From positions 2,176,001 through 2,240,000 of the forward strand of contig OZ251997.1 in assembly GCA_965247095.1 (NCBI GenBank): DNA of 64,000 nt, in the 5' to 3' direction. Source of the stretch: Candidatus Multivorans sp. (GTDB lineage: Bacteria > Acidobacteriota > Thermoanaerobaculia > Multivoradales > Multivoraceae). Shown here in pieces: positions 13,692 to 22,568 of the stretch. The notes under the pieces are model-generated. The model worked only from the letters and a program-made list of their open reading frames with translations. It was not told where the DNA came from and did not search any database. Within the stretch, counting starts at the first letter, position 1; each line of letters opens with the position of its first letter. A program made the translations under genes and the position numbers.

Positions 13692-14234
13692 ATGGCCGTC
13701 CCTCGATCCTCCGAACAGAGCCGCGCGACCGCGCGACTGCTGAGCCAGTACGACAACCTCCTGGACACCGTCCTCAAGGCCTGCAAGGCACACTACGGGA
13801 ACCGACTGGCCGCCCTCGCCGTCTACGGATCAGTCGGCCGCGCCACGCCCAGGGCCAACTCCGACATAGACCTCCTCCTCGTGGCGGACGATCTGCCGGA
13901 TGGCCGGATCGCTCGGGTCGAGGAGTTCCGAGCCATGGCGGACCGGCTCCGGCCGTTGTTCGACATGGCCGCCGACCTTGGAATCCAAACCCGGCTGGCG
14001 CCGATCTTCAAGACGCCCCGGGAACTGCGCCGCGGAACCCTGCTCCTGCTCGACATGACCGAGGATGCGCGCATCCTCCACGACCCCGACCGCTGTCTGG
14101 CCGACACCCTCGATCGCCTGCGCGACCGCCTCCGCGAACTGGGCTCGAAGCGGGTCTGGCAGAGCGGCGAGTGGTACTGGGACCTGAAGCCCGACTACAA
14201 GCCCGGCGATGTCTTCGACCTGTTCCCGAAATGA
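13692..14234 (+). CDS. Minimal nucleotidyltransferase (MNT) antitoxin
   Basis: YGSVGRATPRANSDIDLL (GSx10DxD). AAGGAG RBS before ATG 13692. Confidence 0.85.
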   Translation: MAVPRSSEQSRATARLLSQYDNLLDTVLKACKAHYGNRLAALAVYGSVGRATPRANSDIDLLLVADDLPDGRIARVEEFRAMADRLRPLFDMAADLGIQTRLAPIFKTPRELRRGTLLLLDMTEDARILHDPDRCLADTLDRLRDRLRELGSKRVWQSGEWYWDLKPDYKPGDVFDLFPK

Positions 14235-14647
14235 CGACGAACGGCGCTCTGGCGAGAAGCTACCTGGCCAAGGCGAGAGTGCGGCTCCGCGCCCTGGCTG
14301 TGTTCGTGGCCGAAGAGGCGCACTCAGACGTCATCCGGGAATCGCAGGAACTCGTGGAGCTCGCGCTCAAGGGAATGCTCCGGCAGGCAGGCGTGGAGCC
14401 GCCCCACTGGCACGACGTGGGCAGCCTGTTTCGGGAACGTGCCGACCGCTTCCCCGATCTCGACTCGGCGGACCTCGACCGAATCGCCGCCATCTCCTCG
14501 TGGCTGCACGCCGAACGGGAGCCTTCCTTCTACGGGGAACCGGGTCTGATCCCCACCGAGCGCTACACGGAAGCCGACGCGAGGCGGGCGTTCGAAGACG
14601 CCTCCTGGGTCGTCTCGGTCGCTGCTCGGGTGATCCCTGCAGAGTAG
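14231..14647 (+). CDS. HEPN domain protein (toxin partner)
   Basis: SQELVELALKGML, PPHWHDV and EREPSFYG. ATGA coupling with the MNT gene. Confidence 0.85.
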   Translation: MTTNGALARSYLAKARVRLRALAVFVAEEAHSDVIRESQELVELALKGMLRQAGVEPPHWHDVGSLFRERADRFPDLDSADLDRIAAISSWLHAEREPSFYGEPGLIPTERYTEADARRAFEDASWVVSVAARVIPAE

Positions 14648-14836
14648 GCTCCTTCAGGCATTTCGCTCACTCCAGCACCGCAACGAGAGCAGCAGTAGGG
14701 CGCCAGCCAAACTGGCTCCACAGCAGTACACGTTCGATTGCGATCCGGTCCGTTCTCATGGCGAGCAACAACTACTGTAGAAGCCTTGCTCCGCCCACCG
14801 CACTCTCACGGAGAGAGTCAAGCGGCTAATCCCTTT

Positions 14837-16339
14837 CTACCCGGAAGACTCTGGCAACCCCTCGAACCGCTTCTGCAGCTTCTTCATCCGCTTGCCGGAG
14901 ATGCCGTCGAGCGCCTTGATGGCGCGGCGGATGCGCGCGCGCACGAGGTCGGGGCCGAGAATCTCCATCGACTGGAACAGCGGCAACGAGGCCGTCTCGC
15001 CGGACATGGCGACGTAGCAGGGCCGGGTCAGGTCGCGCAGGCTCAGGCCGAGCGCCTCGGACAGGCGCCGGAACTGGCCCTGGATGACGTCGGCGGTGAA
15101 GGTCTGCTCGCGCTCCAGCACCCAGAGCACGCACTGCAACGCTTCGGCGACCTGGACCTCTTCGAGACCCTTGACGGCGAGCTTCTCCCGCTCCACCTCC
15201 GGCGCGTCGACGAAGAGGAAGTTCGTGAGTCGGCCCCAGTCGCCGAGCGTCTCGAGCCGCGGTTGGGCCAGGGCGGCGATTCCGGCAAGCCGCTCCTCTC
15301 CCATCGACCACTCGCGCACGAGCGCCGCCAAACCGGCCGCGTCGTAGTCCTCGCGCAGGTAGCGGGCGTTCAGCCAGCGCAGTTTGTCGAGGTCGAAGAC
15401 GGGACCGCCGAGCGAGATGTCCTCGAGGCGGAAGCCGTCCGCGAGCTGGTCGAAGCTGAACTTCTCCTCGCCTTCCGACCGGCTCGACACCATCAGGCCG
15501 AGGAAGTTGAGCAGCGCCTGGGGCAGGAAGCCGGCATCCCGGAACCAGGTGATCGAGGTCGGGTTGCGCCGCTTGGACAGCTTGGAGCGGTTCGCGTCAT
15601 TGTTGCGGAGCAACGGCAGGTGGCAGAACGTCGGCGGCTCGTAGCCGAGCGCCTCGTAGAGCCGCAGGTGCTTCGGCAGCGAGTTGATCCACTCCTCGCC
15701 GCGGATCACGTGGCTGATCGCCATTGCGTGATCGTCGACCACGCACGCCAGGTGGTAGGTCGGGTAACCGTCGGCCTTGAGGATGACCTGGTCGTCGATC
15801 AGTTCCCACTCGCGCCGGATCTCGCCGCGCAGCAGGTCCTGCATCACGCATTCGCCCTCGGTCGGCATCCCGATTCGCACCACGTGCTCTTCACCGGCGG
15901 CGACCCTCCGCTCCGCTTCTTCCCGCGAGAGGTTCCGGCAGCGCCGGTCGTAGCCGGGGAAGCGCTGCCGCGCGCGGTTCTCCCGCCGCATCTCCTCCAG
16001 GCGCTCGCGAGTGCAGAAGCAGCGGTAGGCGCTGCCTTCGGCCAGGAGCCGGTCGACCTCGACCCGGTACGACGCGAGCCTCTCGCTCTGGCGGTAGGGA
16101 CCCTCGTCCCAGTCCAGACCCAGCCAGCGCAGGGCGTCGAGGATCGCGGACTCCGACGCGCGGCTCGACCGCGCACGGTCCGTGTCCTCGATCCGCAGCA
16201 CGAAGACGCCGCCGCGGCTGCGCGCGAAGGCGAGGTTGACCAGCGCCTGGTAGGCGGTGCCGACGTGCGGGTCGCCGGTCGGCGACGGCGCCACGCGCAC
16301 TCGCACCGGAGCGCCGGCCTTGAGTCCCGAATCACTCAT
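14837..16339 (-). CDS. gltX: Glutamate--tRNA ligase
   Basis: RVAPSPTGDPHVGT, LRIEDTD, YRCFCT, HVIRGEEW and KLSKR. Confidence 0.96.
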   Translation of the reverse strand: MSDSGLKAGAPVRVRVAPSPTGDPHVGTAYQALVNLAFARSRGGVFVLRIEDTDRARSSRASESAILDALRWLGLDWDEGPYRQSERLASYRVEVDRLLAEGSAYRCFCTRERLEEMRRENRARQRFPGYDRRCRNLSREEAERRVAAGEEHVVRIGMPTEGECVMQDLLRGEIRREWELIDDQVILKADGYPTYHLACVVDDHAMAISHVIRGEEWINSLPKHLRLYEALGYEPPTFCHLPLLRNNDANRSKLSKRRNPTSITWFRDAGFLPQALLNFLGLMVSSRSEGEEKFSFDQLADGFRLEDISLGGPVFDLDKLRWLNARYLREDYDAAGLAALVREWSMGEERLAGIAALAQPRLETLGDWGRLTNFLFVDAPEVEREKLAVKGLEEVQVAEALQCVLWVLEREQTFTADVIQGQFRRLSEALGLSLRDLTRPCYVAMSGETASLPLFQSMEILGPDLVRARIRRAIKALDGISGKRMKKLQKRFEGLPESSG

Positions 16340-17760
16340 CCGCGCACCTTTCCTCGGTAGTCCTCGAGCCGCCGCCGGAGCGGTCGAAGCTCCGCCTCGC
16401 CGGTTCCGGCCCGCTCCAACGTTTCGATAACCTGTTCGATCCGCCGTCCCGCGTCATCGTAGAGACCGGCGCCACCTAGGGCGTCGGCCAGCTCCAGTTG
16501 GAGCTGGACCATCAGATCACGCAGGTGGGGCTCTGAGGCGCCGGCGGCGGCCGCCCGGTCCAGCCGCTCAAGCGCGCGGCCGACATCGTTCGCTCTCATC
16601 GCCAGCATCGTGGTCACGAGCAGCATGTGGACATCGGCGGGATCGTCCGCCAGCACCCGCTCCGCCTCGACCGCCGCCTGCTCGAAGCGCCCGAGCTTGA
16701 ACAGCGCGCCCGCCAGCACCGCGCGGCCGCCGGCAAGGTCGGCGTCGATCTCAAGCGCGCGCCGCGCCGACGCCGCTGCTTCCTGTGGCCGGTTCATCCG
16801 GTCGTAGACGCCGGCAGCGGCGAAGTGGGCCTGGGCGTTGCCCGGCTCGAACTCGATCAGCCGGAGAAGTTCCGCGAGCGAGGCCTGCAACTGGCCCGTC
16901 TCCCGGTAGGTCTTGCTGCGACGAAGGAAGCTCTCCGAGTCCACGGCCAGGACGTCGACCTGGGCCCGGCGCGGGTCGCGGTGGTGGATCATCGGCGGCA
17001 GCCCGCGGGCCGCCTGCGCCAGACGCCGTGCGCCGTCCCGATCACCTGCCCGGTGACGGGCGCGCGACAGCGTGGCCACGATCGCCTGGGTTTCGGGGCT
17101 CAACTGGTAGGCGCGCTCGAGATGTCGCACGGCCTGGGCGACCTCGCCGCGGGCGAGCGCCAGCCGGCCCAGGCCGAGATGCGCCACCGCGTTGTCCGGT
17201 TCGAGACGGGCCGCCTGCTGGTAGTGGGCGTCGGCTTCACCGGCCTGGCCCACCTTCTCCAGGCTCGCGGCGAGCCGGACGCGCGCGGGCGCGTAGCCCG
17301 GATCGATCTCGACCGCCTGCCGGTAGAGGCGCACGGCGGCAGCCGCGTCGTGGGCATCGGCGAGGACGGCTCGCAGGTAGACCCAGCGGAAGTCGGCGGG
17401 CGCGAGCCGGGAGGCTTCGCTGTAGACGACCCCGGCCTCGTCGTCGAACTGGTGGGCCTGGAGGACCATGCCGAGACGGCCCCAGGCCGCGGGCGACTCG
17501 GGTTGGCGGCCGGCGGCTCGAAGTTCGGTTTCGATCGCGGTGCGCACGCGGGGTTCGACAGCGGAAAGGTCGGGGGTGGGGAGGTCGGCGGCTTGTGTGG
17601 CGGTGGCGAGGAGGAGAATCGCTACGACGGTGCTGAACAACCGGATGCGGGCGAGACGCCCGCGTTCCATCCGTGCGCCCGATGACGGGCGTACGGAGTG
17701 GTTCACGGGTGGCGCGGTATCGCGCCACCCGGGTTCCCAGGTATGGACGGCGGGGATCAC
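16336..17760 (-). CDS. Secreted tetratricopeptide-repeat protein
   Basis: Multiple TPR motifs (AAWGRLG, ARVRLA, AHLGLG, AHFAAAG) and a signal peptide after MERGR. Start is either GTG 17760 (coupled GTGA) or ATG 17670. Confidence 0.85.
   Translation of the reverse strand: MIPAVHTWEPGWRDTAPPVNHSVRPSSGARMERGRLARIRLFSTVVAILLLATATQAADLPTPDLSAVEPRVRTAIETELRAAGRQPESPAAWGRLGMVLQAHQFDDEAGVVYSEASRLAPADFRWVYLRAVLADAHDAAAAVRLYRQAVEIDPGYAPARVRLAASLEKVGQAGEADAHYQQAARLEPDNAVAHLGLGRLALARGEVAQAVRHLERAYQLSPETQAIVATLSRARHRAGDRDGARRLAQAARGLPPMIHHRDPRRAQVDVLAVDSESFLRRSKTYRETGQLQASLAELLRLIEFEPGNAQAHFAAAGVYDRMNRPQEAAASARRALEIDADLAGGRAVLAGALFKLGRFEQAAVEAERVLADDPADVHMLLVTTMLAMRANDVGRALERLDRAAAAGASEPHLRDLMVQLQLELADALGGAGLYDDAGRRIEQVIETLERAGTGEAELRPLRRRLEDYRGKVRG
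17706..17741. repeat. Palindromic dispersed repeat (family 1), copy A
   Basis: Perfect 11-bp hairpin CGGGTGGCGCG-gtat-CGCGCCACCCG (17706-17731). 17719-17741 is the exact reverse complement of 63760-63782. Confidence 0.75.
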
Positions 17761-19502
17761 CGGCCCGCCCCGCGAGCGAGGACGACTTCGCTGCCGCTCG
17801 AAGCGCCGTCGAACTCCTCGACCTCGCCACCGGGCCAGGTCACCTCGAAGCGCTCGACACCGGTGGCTTCGCCGAGGCCGATGTGAACAGGCGCTTCGCC
17901 GCCGGTCAGGTAACCGCCCAGCGGCAAGACGCGGCGCCGAACCGGCCGGCCAGAGGTCCACGCGACGACGGAGGCGCCGAGGGCCGTGCGCCGCAACTCG
18001 GGATCGACCACTCGCAGACGCACCCAGCCGGTCGGGCCTGCGGTCGACTCGTTGCGGTAGATGCGCGCCGGCCCCTCCAGGTTGCTGACCAGGAGGTCGA
18101 GGTCGCCGTCGCCCTCCAGGTCGAACGGCACCAGACCGCGGCTCACGTCCAGCGCCGCGCCGAAGTCGCCCGAGGCGGCGCTGACGTCAACGAAGGCGCC
18201 CGCGCCGTCCCCCAGCATCAGCAGGTTCGGCTCCGCATAGCCCCGCCAGAACCAGTCGTCGCGGTCGGAGAGCGCGGCCGGACGCCGCTTCACCGCGCCG
18301 TTGACCACGGCGAGGTCGAGGTCGCCGTCGTTGTCGGCGTCGAAGAACGCGGTACCGAAGCCCGTGTACGGTGTGCTCGGCGCGGCCAGACCCGCCTCGG
18401 CCGCCAGGTCGTCGAAACCCGCGGATTCTCCCGGCGCACCCCCGAGGTTCACGTACAGGGTGTTCGTCTCCTCGATCAGGTGGCTCAGGAACAGGTCGAG
18501 GTCCAGGTCGCCGTCGATGTCACCCAGTGCTATGCCCATGCCCGCCTCGCCGACCCCGAACCGATTGTAGGCCGCTCCGAGCAGCACCGCGTCGTCCTCG
18601 AAGGTCCCGTCGCCCCGGTTGATCCAGAGCTGGTTCGGGTCGGCATCGTTGGCGACGTAGATGTCGGGCCGGCCGTCGTCGTCGAAGTCGGCGGCCGCGA
18701 CGCCCAGGCCGGCGTCCGCGATCAGCGACACACCGGCATCCCTGCTGCGGTCTACGAAGCGCCGGCCGCCCTCGTTGACGTAGAAGACGTCCGCCTCGCC
18801 CTCGAACTGCTGCGGACCGCAGTAGTCGACCCGCCCGCCCTGCACCTGGCACTCGCGGGCCTCGTTCCACTGGACGTAGCGGGCCACGTAGAGATCGAGC
18901 CAGCCGTCGAAGTCGGCGTCGAAGAACACCGCGGACGTGGACCATGCGGGCGTTGCGAGGCCCAACGCCGCCGTCGCGTCGACGAAGCGGCCGCCGCCCT
19001 CGTTCCGGTAGAGAACATCGGCGCCGAAGTTGGTCACGTAGAGGTCGAGATCGCCGTCGTTGTCGATGTCGCCGACCGCGGCGCCCATGCCGTACCCCGG
19101 GTTGTCGAGCCCGGAGTCCGCGGTCCCGTCGACGAAGCGGCCGCGCGGCCGCTGCAGGTACAGCCGGTTGCGCCCAGCCTCGCCCGTGACCGCGCTGCCG
19201 GCGTTCGGGAAGTAGAGGTCGAGCAGACCGTCGCCGTCGGCATCGAACACCGCCACACCGCCACCCATGATCGCCGGCATCGGAAACGACCCCGCCGAAC
19301 CCGTGGCGTGGACGAAGTCGAGTCCGGTCTCGGCGGTCACGTCGACGAAGCGGATGCCGGCCGGCGTCGCCGCATCCTTGGACGTCGACGGAGCCTCGGC
19401 CGTGACGGACGCCGGATCCCCGTCTGCCTGGGTGCAGCTCCAGGCCGCCAACAGGCTGGCGCCGAGGACGAGAGGCCCTTTCCACCCAGCCGTGGAGATC
19501 AT
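17757..19502 (-). CDS. CRTAC1/ASPIC-UnbV family FG-GAP repeat protein
   Basis: Repeated DxDxDGxxDL motifs and C-terminal ASPIC/UnbV (HIGLG...EVTWPGG). ATG 19502 coupled to the upstream stop. Confidence 0.9.
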   Translation of the reverse strand: MISTAGWKGPLVLGASLLAAWSCTQADGDPASVTAEAPSTSKDAATPAGIRFVDVTAETGLDFVHATGSAGSFPMPAIMGGGVAVFDADGDGLLDLYFPNAGSAVTGEAGRNRLYLQRPRGRFVDGTADSGLDNPGYGMGAAVGDIDNDGDLDLYVTNFGADVLYRNEGGGRFVDATAALGLATPAWSTSAVFFDADFDGWLDLYVARYVQWNEARECQVQGGRVDYCGPQQFEGEADVFYVNEGGRRFVDRSRDAGVSLIADAGLGVAAADFDDDGRPDIYVANDADPNQLWINRGDGTFEDDAVLLGAAYNRFGVGEAGMGIALGDIDGDLDLDLFLSHLIEETNTLYVNLGGAPGESAGFDDLAAEAGLAAPSTPYTGFGTAFFDADNDGDLDLAVVNGAVKRRPAALSDRDDWFWRGYAEPNLLMLGDGAGAFVDVSAASGDFGAALDVSRGLVPFDLEGDGDLDLLVSNLEGPARIYRNESTAGPTGWVRLRVVDPELRRTALGASVVAWTSGRPVRRRVLPLGGYLTGGEAPVHIGLGEATGVERFEVTWPGGEVEEFDGASSGSEVVLARGAGR

Positions 19503-20182
19503 CAGTTGACCCCGACGGCCGTCTCGGCTTCCGGCCGGCGGCGCCGGCGGGCGTAGCGCTGGATCATCCCGAGCATCGTGGCTTCGTCGTGGATGCCGCA
19601 CAGCGGGAAGGCGTCGAACATCAGGGTCGGTGCACCCTCCACGCCGGCCGCTGCTGCGCTGCGCGTGGCAACTGCCAGGCGGCGGCCGGCGGCCAGGTCG
19701 TCGAGCGAGGCGACGCCGTGCGTCCCGAAGTGGCCGCGACGCTCGAAGTTGCGGAAGAGCTGCTCGACTGCGACGGCCGCGGCAACCTGCTCGTAAAACG
19801 CCGCGAACGCGGCCTGCCGCCACTCCCGCTCGACTGCCGGGTCGAGTCCGCGGTCGATCGCGGTGTCAAGGGCCAGCGCCACCTCGCCGGCCAGACGCGA
19901 GTCCGGCCAGCGGGCCGGGGGATCGAGCTCCACCTTCAATGCCGAGGCAACCTCGATGAGGCTACGCCGGCGCTCGGCGTCCAGCAGCCGCCCGCGCTGG
20001 AAGCGGCCGATCCCGGTCAGATCGATCGCCTTCCAGCGCAGCTCGATCCGTTCCTCCGCAAGCTCCCCGTCGATCCGCGCCAACACCCGGTGGGCGACGT
20101 AGCTCAGGCAGGACGCGAAGTCGTAGTACACGAAGACCTCGAGCGGCGCGTCTCCGGCGCCCGGCCGGTCCTCGCCGCTCAA
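19502..20182 (-). CDS. DsbA-like thioredoxin-fold protein (HCCA isomerase/GST-kappa-like)
   Basis: VYYDFASCLSY N-terminal motif and GVEGAPTL cis-Pro motif. Confidence 0.7.
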   Translation of the reverse strand: MSGEDRPGAGDAPLEVFVYYDFASCLSYVAHRVLARIDGELAEERIELRWKAIDLTGIGRFQRGRLLDAERRRSLIEVASALKVELDPPARWPDSRLAGEVALALDTAIDRGLDPAVEREWRQAAFAAFYEQVAAAVAVEQLFRNFERRGHFGTHGVASLDDLAAGRRLAVATRSAAAAGVEGAPTLMFDAFPLCGIHDEATMLGMIQRYARRRRRPEAETAVGVN

Positions 20183-21204
20183 GTCCCGTAGCCCTCCAGG
20201 TTCTCGCTCTGCCAGCGCCAGGCATCGGCGCAGATGTCGTCGAGACCGCGCTCCGCCCTCCAGTTCAGCTCACGCTCGGCGAGCGCGGGATCCGCCCAAA
20301 CCGCCGTCGCGTCACCCGGCCGCCGGGGCTCCAGAACGCATGGCACTTCGCGGCCGCTGGCCCGGCGGACGGCCTCGATCACCTCGAACACCGTGGCGCC
20401 GCGACCTGTGCCCAGGTTGTACTCGGCGCAACCGCCAACGGCCGGCAAACGGTCCAGGGCCCGCAGGTGCCCGGTCGCGACATCGACGACGTGAAGATAG
20501 TCCCGGATCGCCGTGCCGTCCCGGGTCGGATAGTCCGTTCCGAAGACGCGAAGCTGCGGCAGCCTGCCGACGGCGACCTGCATCGCGCTCGGCAGCAGGT
20601 TCTCGGGGACGCCCCGCGGATCCTCACCGATGCGGCCGCTTGGATGGGCCCCGGCTGGATTGAAGTAGCGCAGCGACACGATGTGCCAGCCGTCCTCCGA
20701 CGCCGCAAGGTCGCGCAGCATCCGCTCGACGCAGAGCTTCGTGTACCCGTAGGGGTTCGACGCCGCAAGCGGCGCGCTCTCGGACAACGGGCACGCCTCC
20801 GGCGCCGGGTCGCCATAGACCGTCGCCGACGACGAGAACACGAGCCGGCGCACGTCGCGGCGCCGCATCGCCCGCAGCAGACTGAGCGTACCGCCCACGT
20901 TCGTGCGGTAGTAGCCGAGTGGATCCGCGCAGGACTCGCCAACCGCCTTCCTGGCGGCGAAGTGGATCACCGCCGCGCAGCCGCCCCCACCGAACGCCTC
21001 GTCCAGCGCCGCGTCGTCCAGCACGTCCCCTTCGACGAACCGCAGCCCGCGCCCGGCCAGCTCCTCCACTCGCCGCAGAGCCTCCCGCGAACTGTTCGAC
21101 AGGTCGTCGATCACCGTCACGTCCCAGCCCGCCGCCAGCAGCTCGACACACGTGTGGCTGCCGATGAAACCGGCCCCGCCGGTGACCAGAACGCGCTCCG
21201 CCAT
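20179..21204 (-). CDS. galE: UDP-glucose 4-epimerase
   Basis: VTGGAGFIGSH, FSSSATVYG, YGYTK, LRYFNPAGAH and DGTAIRDYLHV. Confidence 0.96.
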   Translation of the reverse strand: MAERVLVTGGAGFIGSHTCVELLAAGWDVTVIDDLSNSSREALRRVEELAGRGLRFVEGDVLDDAALDEAFGGGGCAAVIHFAARKAVGESCADPLGYYRTNVGGTLSLLRAMRRRDVRRLVFSSSATVYGDPAPEACPLSESAPLAASNPYGYTKLCVERMLRDLAASEDGWHIVSLRYFNPAGAHPSGRIGEDPRGVPENLLPSAMQVAVGRLPQLRVFGTDYPTRDGTAIRDYLHVVDVATGHLRALDRLPAVGGCAEYNLGTGRGATVFEVIEAVRRASGREVPCVLEPRRPGDATAVWADPALAERELNWRAERGLDDICADAWRWQSENLEGYGT

Positions 21205-21259
21205 GAGCCGGAGTCTATTGGCGGCCGCCCGGCCGGTAGACTGCCACCGAGGCGGCAAC

Positions 21260-21649
21260 ATGGCACAGCGATCGCAGGACTGGTGGAATCAGGCACGGCG
21301 CGACCTGGAGACCGCCGCGGAGAACCGGGCGAACGGCCGTCACGAATGGGCCTGCTTCGCCGCTCACCAGGCCGCGGAGAAGGCTGTCGAAGCCCTGCAC
21401 CTCGCCCACGGCCAGGAAGCCTGGGGTCACGTCGTGGCGCGGTTACTGACCGAGTTGCCAACGCCCGCGCCGGAGGAACTCATCGCCAGCGGCAAGGTAC
21501 TGGACAACTTCTACGTCCCGGCCCGGTATCCGAACGGCCACGCCGAAGGCGCGCCGTTCGAGCACTACGGTCCAATCCAGAGCGAACTGGGGCTGACTCA
21601 TGCCCGTTACATCCTCGACTTCGTCGATCAAGCGCTGGCCGAGCGCTGA
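21260..21649 (+). CDS. HEPN domain protein
   Basis: WACFAAHQAAEKAVEAL, AWGHVV and FYVPARYPN. Confidence 0.88.
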   Translation: MAQRSQDWWNQARRDLETAAENRANGRHEWACFAAHQAAEKAVEALHLAHGQEAWGHVVARLLTELPTPAPEELIASGKVLDNFYVPARYPNGHAEGAPFEHYGPIQSELGLTHARYILDFVDQALAER

Positions 21650-21971
21650 GGTTGTCCTGAGCGCGCTCAAGAACTGGAGTGCGGCGGCGGCCGAGGATCG
21701 CGATGACCTGATCGCCCTCGGCTACTTCGGCTCCTACGCCCGTGGCGACGCGGGCTTCGCCAGCGACCTGGATCTGATCGCGATCGTCCTGCGGGACGAT
21801 CGACCCGCGATGGACAGAGCCGGTGACTGGTCGACGGAGAAGCTACCGATTCCAACCGATCTGCTCGTGTACACCGCCGACGAGTGGGCGCGCCTGCAAG
21901 CCGAGGATGGCCGATTCGCGCGAACGCTCGCCGCTGACGTACGGTGGCTGGTAAGACCCGAGGCACCTTAG
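21600..21971 (+). CDS. Minimal nucleotidyltransferase (MNT)
   Basis: FGSYARGDAGFASDLDL and PTDLLVYT. Overlaps the HEPN gene by 50 nt. Confidence 0.88.
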   Translation: MPVTSSTSSIKRWPSAEVVLSALKNWSAAAAEDRDDLIALGYFGSYARGDAGFASDLDLIAIVLRDDRPAMDRAGDWSTEKLPIPTDLLVYTADEWARLQAEDGRFARTLAADVRWLVRPEAP

Positions 21972-22019
21972 CGGCCGCCCTTTCGCCAGCCACATGGAAC
22001 CAACAGCGATGTTCTGGCG

Positions 22020-22530
22020 CTAACGGTCTTCCGGCACCGGCACCGCGGCGGTCCTTGCTTCAAGATTGACGGGAGCGACCGCCGCGCCGTCACGGATGAC
22101 GACGCCCAGAACGTCGATCTCGGGCGCGGAGCGCAGGAAGGTAGCGGGTCGCCCGACCGGCCTCAACTCTGCGCAGCGGCGGCAGCAGCGTGTCCGTCGC
22201 CGGCCCGACCAGTAGAAGGGCCTCGGGCGCGGAACCTCCGCGACGTACCCGGACCCAACGCACGCCGGGCTCGGCGACCTCGAACGTGAAGCGGCCGTCT
22301 TGCGCCTGAACCGTCGCTTCGACGGGGTGGAGGCCGCCTGGACCGTCGTTCAGCACGGCGGCGAGCAGCTCGTAGAGCATCGGTGCCCGAACCAGGGAAA
22401 CCTCCACCGTGGCACCTTCCGGGGCGCCCTTCAGCGAGCCCCGCACTTCCACCGCCGCCGAGGCGCTGTGCGTGGCGGCGAACACGCCGACGCAGACTAC
22501 CGCGGCCGCCCGGTACCAGGCAGCAGTCAA
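22020..22530 (-). pseudogene. Truncated/internally deleted paralog of the neighbouring carboxypeptidase-regulatory repeat protein
   Basis: Signal peptide + N-terminal domain similar to the neighbour (FTFEVAEPGVRWV vs [13 protein letters not shown]; GPATD vs GPETD). It continues in another frame as IDVLGVVIRDGAAV, matching the neighbour's internal [13 protein letters not shown]. Confidence 0.65.
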
Positions 22531-22568
22531 CCGGCGCTCAGCACACGTGACAACACTTCTGCAAGAGC

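Noticed and set aside
14648-14836. Lower-GC spacer between HEPN and gltX with a short hydrophobic reading on the minus strand
   Set aside because: No ORF of meaningful length or recognisable RNA; at most a decayed fragment.
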